64,000 bases of DNA, from contig NW_027272591.1 of assembly GCF_040938485.1 (NCBI RefSeq), positions 248,001 to 312,000 on the forward strand. Direction: 5' to 3'. Source of the DNA: Diadema antillarum. Lineage: Eukaryota. Positions within the stretch are counted from its first letter, which is position 1. Each line of letters opens with the position of its first letter. The notes beneath the pieces were generated by a model. The model saw only the letters and a list, made by a program, of their open reading frames with translations. It was not told where the DNA came from and did no database searches. The position numbers and the translations under genes are program-made. This document shows, one piece after another, positions 57,601 to 64,000 of this stretch.

Positions 57601-60600
57601 TACATGGAACTGTACAGAACTTGGAAAGACTTCCATATGTACCCCCCACTATTATACACCTTTGTAATTGTATGAGCTTCCTCTGAAGTCCGCATTTCCC
57701 TAGGACACCGAGATCGATGTTACCCTAACTCTATTAAACCCTAACCCTAATTCTAAACTGAGTAAACTCTAATCCTAATCCCAAAGCCACCTAAACTTAT
57801 TCATGTTACTTATACATAACGCATAGCAGGGAGTATGGAAGTCTTGCCCAGAACTTTGTTAAAAATATTTTCCCAATGAAAAAACTGCCAATCAAATTTG
57901 ACAGGTAAAATCATTCCCTGCGATGACAGGGATAATGATTAAGAGTAAAACAAGAAAGAAATGCAAGAGTCACTATCCAAGAGCAGGGTTTTTTTTTTTT
58001 CATTTTTTGTGTGTTGTTGTTGTTTTTTTTCATTCAGAGCATATCAAAGCAATTCTGTCACCTTAGGTACATAAAGCTGCTCATCCTGGGCAAATGTGAT
58101 TAACGTAACTTAGTTCAATTCATTTCAATTTAATTCAATATAGACTAGGTTCATTCACAATAAAATAAGAACATGCAGCTCAAGAGCTGAAATTTTTCAT
58201 TTTACAAAACACATAGACTATATGACATTTAAAAAAATACAAGTATGACAAAAAACACTGTACAAGTCGTGAAAAATATTGAACAGTGTTAAATAAAAAT
58301 AATTACAAGCCATAGCAGACCACCTATTTAAATAACCTTATAAAACTATAAAACATGGACTGATTGGGTTTCTAAAACATATAATTGAGTTTCAAAAACT
58401 ATCTAACATGAAATATTATAAATATACACCACAAAACAGACCATTAATAAATTAACACTAGAAATATAGCTATTCAAGCTATTCATCCTGGGCGAATGTA
58501 AATAATATTAAATAAATGAACATAAATCAGTTTGTAGCAGGACAGACAGTACCAGTAAGTATTCAGCTAAAAAGCCAAGGCCAGCCCATGGCCATGAGGG
58601 GATGGTAGGGGCAAGCATGGTGTCACCGGACACCATGGTATTACCGGACAAGCACATTTTTGCGTACTAATGACATTCTGTATGCGCGAGACTTCGTAGA
58701 GTAGCCTCACAGAACTTTGTGTGGACCGAAATCGCAAAAAACACCACATAAAAATGTAAAAACACGAAAAAATTCACATTTTACCTCAAATTTCTAGTTG
58801 AGTGACCCGCTCCTCGTTTATAGTTAATATTTATGCATGTTTGAATCACATTTCGCGACTGAAATTCTATGAAATCCCACTCACATACAGGAAAAATGCT
58901 GAAGATTCTGTTAGAACCAAAAGTTCACTGATCAATATCGGAAAAATTGTAGCTATCGTCCTCAAACGCGAACGATGCGGAATAGTTGTGCGCTAAGGGG
59001 CACGCAACTCATCACCCGCGCGTGCAGCTCCCATAGACAAAGCACGTATACTCTAACCAATTGTCGATTTCTCACAAGGTTTTATTGCGTGAACTGTTCG
59101 AAATGGTCAAGACAGACATTTTACTTTAAAATACGAAATTTGAGCTTCATTTGCAGATTTTTTTTGAGTGTCATCCGCTCGGTGAGAATGTGTACGGTGA
59201 TTTGTGGGATGAATTGTGATTCTGGTGCAAGGATTAGGTGCGAAAGACCTCGATTATTCGATTACGAAAATAGCGTCCGGTAATACAATGCGATTTTGCA
59301 CCGCGCAAAAAACCACTATTTTTAGAGGGGTATGTTTGAAGCATATTTTCTAAAAACTGGAACGAAGAAATGATGTAAGTTGGCTGAATTCGTAACTTCC
59401 ATGAGTCTGTAAATAAGTGGTGTTGTTTTTAGCCGAAATTTCATTCTATGAGTACGGAATTCAAAGCCACAAAGAAAAGCGTCCGGTAATAGGATGTTCC
59501 ACCCTACTAGTACTACTGTAATTTCAGTTCGGGAAACCCACTCACAAGGGGGGCCCCTCCTTATAAGTAACCCGTCCCCCTTATAAGTAACCCCGTCCCC
59601 CTTATAAGTAACCCCCGGGGCACCCCTTATAAGGAGTCTCCACGCTTTTTTGCAATGCAACGCGAAAATGAAAGGACTGCGGCAATTCGCTTGATTATGT
59701 CCATAAAGCTTCACAAGTTTCCTAGTTACTCACGAAATTTGAGCAAAATCGGTTTGAGGCATCATATCTAAAATCATGGATTTAAATGCGATGTCAAACG
59801 ACCCATGCGAATGCTGAAATGCGAGCGATTACTGGCGTGAGTGTCGCCAGGCGCGGCGGCGCGGCAATGCTTGAGTGCAGACGTGGCGACTGAGTACGGA
59901 GACTTCCGTACTCAGTCGCCACGTACATTCCGTACATGGGTCGTTTGACATCGCATTTAAATCCATGATTTTATTAGATATGATGCCTCAAACCGATTTT
60001 GCTCAAATTTCGTGAGTAACTAGGAAACTTGTGAAGCTTTATGGACATAATCAAGCGAATTGCCGCAGTCCTTTCATTTTCGCGTTGCATTGCAAAAAAG
60101 CGTGGAGACTCCTTATAAGGGGTGCCCCGGGGGTTACTTATAAGGGGGACGGGGTTACTTATAAGGGGGACGGGTTACTTATAAGGAGGGGCCCCCCTTG
60201 TGAGTGGGTTTCCCGAACTGATTTAAGACCTATACTAGTTTTGGATGGGATGGGGCTTCAGGTTTCCATTTTTTTTGTGTGTGATATAATGAGAAGCCTC
60301 TTATGCTAGTTCGCTAACCAACGCTACGAATGTGTCTCCGAAGTTTGTGTCTCCTAAGTTGGGTACAACAACGATTTCGTCAGGTTATAGTATGGCTAAA
60401 GCGCCAGGACCATAAACACTACACACACTGTTACGTGTGGGACTAAACAATAAATGATAACAAACCTGCGTGTCGTCCTTGGCAGAAAAATCGGCAAGAG
60501 CAGTAACGACCTCCAAAACATCACTATCATCAATCTCACTACATTTCCCATTACCACTTGCCGGTACGTCTCCATTACTATCGATATCAATCGAGTTTAT

Positions 60601-60639
60601 ACTGACAAGACTTGCTTCGTCTTCGACTTCGTCGCCCAT
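45636..60639 (-). CDS. PRMT2: Protein arginine N-methyltransferase 2 (SH3 plus SAM-dependent methyltransferase), spliced gene span, 443 aa
   Basis: Ten exons: 60639-60466, 57476-57291, 56657-56568, 54900-54829, 53487-53323, 51682-51510, 48125-47996, 47556-47417, 47018-46850, 45668-45636. All GT-AG with consistent phases. N-terminal SH3 (ALADF..LSF..WWW..GYIPTNHV), WQDEEYFGSY, VLDVGCGTG, IISEWMG, THW loop, C-terminal FGVWR. Confidence 0.95.
46850..47018 (-). CDS. PRMT2: PRMT2 exon 9
   Basis: aaacag|(P)LTHWKQAVFILDD...LWRRHFKVRLSG...MQEK|gttcat. Confidence 0.9.
47417..47556 (-). CDS. PRMT2: PRMT2 exon 8
   Basis: gtgcag|AIKMEFSFRVTTPGTFHGFGSWFSVDF...VLDTGPKS|gtaagt. Confidence 0.92.
47996..48125 (-). 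CDS. PRMT2: PRMT2 exon 7
   Basis: gacag|(K)AAAKSEYFCKPLINEKLEPGDILAEPAVIFTFDLCKLTVQQLE|gtcagt. Confidence 0.92.
48178..48637. mobile_element. Kolobok-like TTAA MITE, copy A (PRMT2 intron 6)
   Basis: TTAA|AGGAGACCACCGGATGATTTTCA ... TGAAGATCATCTGGAATGGCCCT. Homologous to 49810-50268 in the opposite orientation. Confidence 0.8.
49810..50268. mobile_element. Kolobok-like TTAA MITE, copy B (inverted relative to copy A)
   Basis: TTAA|AGGGACATTCCTGACGATTTTCA ... TGAAAATCATCCGGAGGTCTCCT|TTAA. Confidence 0.8.
50273..50357. mobile_element. Mini piggyBac-like MITE, copy 2
   Basis: TTAA|TCTGTTGAGGACAAGTCCCGAGTATACTCAGG ... TCCTCAACGGG. Shares its left TTAA with Kolobok-like copy B. Confidence 0.75.
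50615..50706. mobile_element. Mini piggyBac-like MITE, copy 3 (reverse)
   Basis: TCCGTTGAGGA ... TCCTCAACGGG|TTAA, with internal TTTCCCATAGAC. Confidence 0.72.
51510..51682 (-). CDS. PRMT2: PRMT2 exon 6
   Basis: ctctag|[33 protein letters not shown]...FWDSVCDLDYSSL|gtaagc. Confidence 0.93.
51757..52308. mobile_element. TA-flanked MITE (Tc1/mariner-type termini)
   Basis: TA|CTGTATACGCTATAATTTTCGCG ... CGCGAAATATATAGCGTCTACAG|TA. A partial copy of the left end lies at about 28897-28975. Confidence 0.78.
52311..52743. mobile_element. TA-flanked MITE abutting the previous element
   Basis: TA|CTATAAGTGGTTTCTTTCGCG ... CGCGAAAGAAACCACTTTTACAG|TA. Confidence 0.75.
53323..53487 (-). CDS. PRMT2: PRMT2 exon 5
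   Basis: caataaag|VYSIEASDIAETAKSLVEHNHLSDHIQVFHGKVEGVMLPEKVDLIISEWMGTLLI|gtaagt. Confidence 0.93.
54829..54900 (-). CDS. PRMT2: PRMT2 exon 4 (SAM-binding motif I)
   Basis: ttgcag|VVLDVGCGTGFLSMLCAKHGAAKQ|gtgagt. Confidence 0.94.
55654..55816. mobile_element. hAT-like MITE with an apparent 6-bp TSD
   Basis: CCTCCC|CAGGGGTGGATCCAG ... CTGGATCCGCCACTG|CCTCCC. Confidence 0.65.
56568..56657 (-). CDS. PRMT2: PRMT2 exon 3
   Basis: ttttgcag|KLQQEMLSDTARNEAYFNAIVKNKKFLEGK|gtaaga. Confidence 0.92.
56956..57039. mobile_element. Mini piggyBac-like MITE, copy 4 (reverse)
   Basis: TTAA at both ends and a perfect palindrome CCCGAGTATACTCGGG at 57008-57023. Confidence 0.72.
57291..57476 (-). CDS. PRMT2: PRMT2 exon 2 (SH3 core)
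   Basis: ttttag|LSFESGQLLSVLCKTTGHWWWARKGSVTGYIPTNHV...WQDEEYFGSYSTL|gtaaag. Confidence 0.94.
57722..57785. repeat. Degenerate (CCCTAA)-like repeat patch
   Basis: ACCCTAACTCT..AAACCCTAACCCTAATTCTAAA..CTCTAATCCTAATCCC. Confidence 0.45.
58608..59504. mobile_element. TA-flanked non-autonomous TIR element, PRMT2 intron 1
   Basis: TA|GGGGCAAGCATGGTGTCACCGGAC ... GTCCGGTAATAGGATGTTCCACCC|TA, imperfect 24-bp TIRs. Extra internal TATTACCGGAC / GTCCGGTAATA copies and a CpG-rich interior. Confidence 0.6.
59525..60220. mobile_element. Foldback (palindromic) element with near-identical arms of about 285 bp, 4-bp ATTT TSD and a central 20-bp hairpin
   Basis: ATTT|CAGTTCGGGAAACCC ... GGGTTTCCCGAACTG|ATTT. 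Arms run to 59807 and from 59935, and by eye differ only by a 3-nt indel. Confidence 0.9.
60466..60639 (-). CDS. PRMT2: PRMT2 first coding exon
   Basis: MGDEVEDEASLVSINSIDIDSNGDVPASGNGKCSEIDDSDVLEVVTALADFSAKDDTQ|gtttgt. Ends in the first SH3 strand. Confidence 0.88.
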
Positions 60640-61165
60640 TTCCTTCCAACCGCTGCTAGCAAAAGATAGATGTGAATTGAATGGATAGCGCGCGCAGCCT
60701 CTCAATCTCAATCGAGCTTCAATTCCAGCATCATACGCCCCCCAACCTCAGGGTAAGTGTATGTGTACTCTTTCGTCCGACCGATCCACGCCACTCCACC
60801 AGCTTCCCGAGAGGGTAATCGGTTGGTGGCCGCGTCGCAGCGGCCAGCAAGTGAGGTCTCGCTAGTAGAGCTCTATTTCCGCAATTGCGCAATCGTTTTG
60901 ACCCCCATGCTAGATGAACTTTTCACCACCCTCCCCCCCCCCCCCCGCAATCTTTATTCCAAAGGAACGATGAAAATCTATATTCCATTTGTAGACATAC
61001 GATTATACTGTTCATGAAAAATCCGAAAAAAAATGTAGACATAAAGTACTATAAAACATACATTAGGCCTACTGCACAATAAACATAAAATTGATAAAAG
61101 TTTTTCTTTTATTGTGAACAATAGAAGTCGACTCATGTTTTTTTTATAAGATAGGCTTCTAAGTC

Positions 61166-61208
61166 AACAACAACAGCAGCAACAACAACAACAGCAACGA
61201 CGACGACG

Positions 61209-61241
<33 letters not shown>

Positions 61242-61255
61242 GCAACAACAACAAG
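61166..61255. repeat. (CAA)n/(CAG)/(CGA)n trinucleotide microsatellite
   Basis: Direct reading. Confidence 0.95.
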
Positions 61256-62622
61256 AAACATGCGGATTACAAAAACCACATGCACTGTAACGAGGTCTTT
61301 GGACTCTCAAACGTACCCTGGCTCACGACAATCGATGTGAGCATATAAAGTCAGTGCATAATATATTTTTGTCATTGTCATTTTTGTCATGCATTGCTTC
61401 ATCACTCACAATCATTCATTGCTTTGCAGCCTCTTGAAACAAATCAATTAGATACCATTTTTAAAGAGGACATCCAGTCCAAATATAAGTTAGTCTGATA
61501 AAAAAAGAGTAAAATATTACGAGTTTAACGGTATAATTTTGACTGAAATCGGATGAAAAATAAAGGAAGTTATGACATATTGAAGTTTTACATTTTTTCA
61601 TAAAAGTTGTTAGGATGGCAACTCTTGCTGGAATGGCAACTTCCCATAGCAACAGCCCATCAGGAGGCTGGATTCTTGTCGTTGTCATGCCATTCCAGCA
61701 AGAGTTGCTATTATATCAACTTTTTTATATACAACAAGAGAGGCGAATCTGTTTTAAGTATTAATAAGCCTAATTAGGCTAGTGTGAGCAAGTATAATCA
61801 TTCTTCGTGAATAAAGTTCTTCGAGAGTAGAAACTGATAACTTATACTGGCTTACATTACACTTAGGAATACAATACCTTCCGTCATGGTGTGATGTTGT
61901 TTTTGGAGTCTTTATCATTATTATTTTTCTCTAAATTATACATCAGTTAATGTTCACCCTGGATGTTCACTGATAACATTCGGATAGTTACAAAAAACTG
62001 GCAACAAACACTGCCCCTACGGATTGTATAGCTTTGCTCAGATTTAAAATTTTAGGAGATATACTAGTAATGTTAGAAACCCCTTTTAATATTCTATGAA
62101 ATATTAAAGAGCATACAATTCATTCTAAGAGGAATTCACAGTTTACTTGATAAAAATCGGTTTAAAATGGCTGAGATATTTAAAAAATGTAAAACAAAGT
62201 TGTCAATAAAAGGTGCAATGAGTCCCATCTAGGAGTTAGGACATATTTCAGCCCTTTCAAACCAGTTTTTATCAAATAAATTTTGAATTCCTCTTAGAAT
62301 CGTATGTTCTTTTATAATTCATAAGAGGTTTTACACAAAAACGATGGAAACCTAAAGCCGCATCTATACCAAAGCACACTTTGCCCTTATAAAACCATAT
62401 CCCGATAATGGCTATAGTAGTAGGTCCCTATGCTTGCAGCTACAAACATTCTTATGTTAATTGATTTGATCAATTTGATTTGTTACATATTCTTTCTTCA
62501 TTACTTTGATAACTTTTGTATATACTTTCTTCACTGTCATTTAGGTTCAAAATTTTCGAAGAGAAATCCTTGTCAATATAGACCTATACGTCGAGTATAG
62601 GGCCTATATATACCACATTGAA

Positions 62623-62951
62623 AGGGATAAAATCATTTTTGGTTGAAATAGGGGTATTTGGTTTCTTTTTGTGAGATAAAGTAGAAACCATTTATGAAAC
62701 TTAAATGTTAAAGAGCATATGGCGACGCTTCTCAGAGGTATAGGGCCTATTCAAGGTTTATTTGATGACAATTATACTTCGTTTTGAAATGGCTGAGATA
62801 TCCAAAAACAAAGTAAAATAACCTAAGTGGTCATCTAAAAGGTGGGACCCATGACTTTTTATTTTGTGAGATAATGAAAAAGAGGTTTTTTCAATCTCTT
62901 ACACACAAAACAAGTTGGAAACCTTATGCAGCATCTCAACCAATAATCCCT
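62623..62951. mobile_element. Degenerate Kolobok-like TTAA MITE (another partial copy at about 62075-62380)
   Basis: AGGGATAAAATCATTTTTGGTTGAAATAGGGG ... TCTCAACCAATAATCCCT|TTAA, internal TTTTGAAATGGCTGAGATATCC. Confidence 0.6.
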
Positions 62952-63756
62952 TTAATAACTAGGTACCTAAACCTTCCTCACCGTCTGTCAAGTAGATCCA
63001 TTAGTTTTCATGATACATGATACGTTTGGTGAAGATGCAAGATATCATGTGAATAGAATTTTTAAGAGGAAAGAATGCAAACAAAATGACGAAAAACAAT
63101 TTAATAACCATGCTATACTTGTATAATACTTGTCTTGTGAATAGCTGAGCGGGGGGGGGGGGAGGCTGGGGCTTTAGATGCGAGGAGGTAAGGGAGGCGA
63201 CGGTCAGTACTGTTAGGAACCTCAGTTTTACGAGGTACGAGTATTGTTCTTACATGGCGCCATCTGTTGACTGACATTGCTAAGCGATGCTTTTCGCGCG
63301 GCTTCAGTGAAATGCGAATGCGTTCTTTGCACTTTACCCGCGCCGTCGGCGTCGTCGCCGTGCGTGCGTACGTGTGGCTCGTGGTGGTGTGGATCATTCT
63401 GCTAGCTAGCTCAGCTCTAATGCTGTAATGCACGCTCGCTCTGTGTAGTTTGTGCATGCTAAAATGGTGCATTCGTTCGTGAACGTATAATGGCAGCAGA
63501 ACTTTCACAACCTTGAACGTTACTCGTCTAGTAACCGGTCTACGATCTTCAGAAGTCGAGTAACACAGGACAGATATTGCTGCGTAGCATACTTTCAAAA
63601 TGACTGTGTGACGTCGGAAATCATGAATAAAATTGTGTGTCTACTCTACCGCCGCAGCCAAGGACTCTCGGAGCCGGAGTATTGAATGAGCAGCTGGTTT
63701 TGGACGGTGGTGCGCAATACTATTATTAGGCCCTGCGTTATGTTTATTGTGTATGA

Positions 63757-63805
63757 CCAATGGTGATGTCAGAGTACACCAATGAGCACGTTTTTCAGCG
63801 GGGAA
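63757..63805. promoter_or_regulatory. Candidate promoter motifs: two CCAAT boxes and an E2F-like GCGGGAAA
   Basis: CCAAT at 63757-63761 and 63779-63783, GCGGGAAA at 63798-63805, in a CpG-rich region. Target gene unknown. Confidence 0.3.
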
Positions 63806-64000
63806 ATACCGCGATATCTGAATCTCTGATCACATCACTGTTCACCTCACTTTATGAGACACTAGTAGAAAGTTCCTAGTTGTGGTAGACGAAACATGCT
63901 GCTCACTCCTGAACCATTTCAAGCTTTATTAGTTATGACTGGAGCCTGGAGGTTACATTGATGCATGCAGGTTCCATATCAATCGCATATTGGATACAGC

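Noticed and set aside
59322-60309. Two ORFs starting MKLYGHNQANCRSPF with GVTYKGD repeats
   Set aside because: Identical because they read the two arms of the foldback element. The peptide repeat mirrors the DNA tandem motif.
63113-63598. 161-aa minus-strand ORF
   Set aside because: No recognisable domain or clear splice context. It lies in a CpG-rich, promoter-like region where stop codons are rarer.

Overview
AT-rich eukaryotic genomic DNA with spliceosomal introns, two assembly gaps and dense small DNA transposons. Style and gene content suggest an invertebrate deuterostome such as an echinoderm (inference only). I reconstructed three protein-coding genes by hand. (1) A TRIM-NHL E3 ligase with a single 673-aa coding exon (minus, 9308-7287). 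(2) TTC25/ODAD4, the outer dynein arm docking TPR protein (plus, 19497 to 34576 or 37856). (3) PRMT2, an SH3 plus methyltransferase protein (minus, 60639-45636; 10 coding exons, 443 aa). The most notable observations: ODAD4 appears to have two homologous, mutually exclusive first coding exons encoding divergent versions of the first TPR helix, each preceded by an RFX-type GTTGCTAGG motif, plus two frame-compatible C-terminal exons (Ser/Arg-rich versus acidic). There is also a minimal hammerhead-ribozyme core at 2223-2260, a near-perfect 696-bp foldback element with an inner hairpin in PRMT2 intron 1, and an unexplained two-repeat reading frame with one in-frame stop upstream of the TRIM gene. 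No autonomous transposase, rRNA, tRNA or CRISPR array was found. No database search or expression data was available, so family labels come from sequence recognition.
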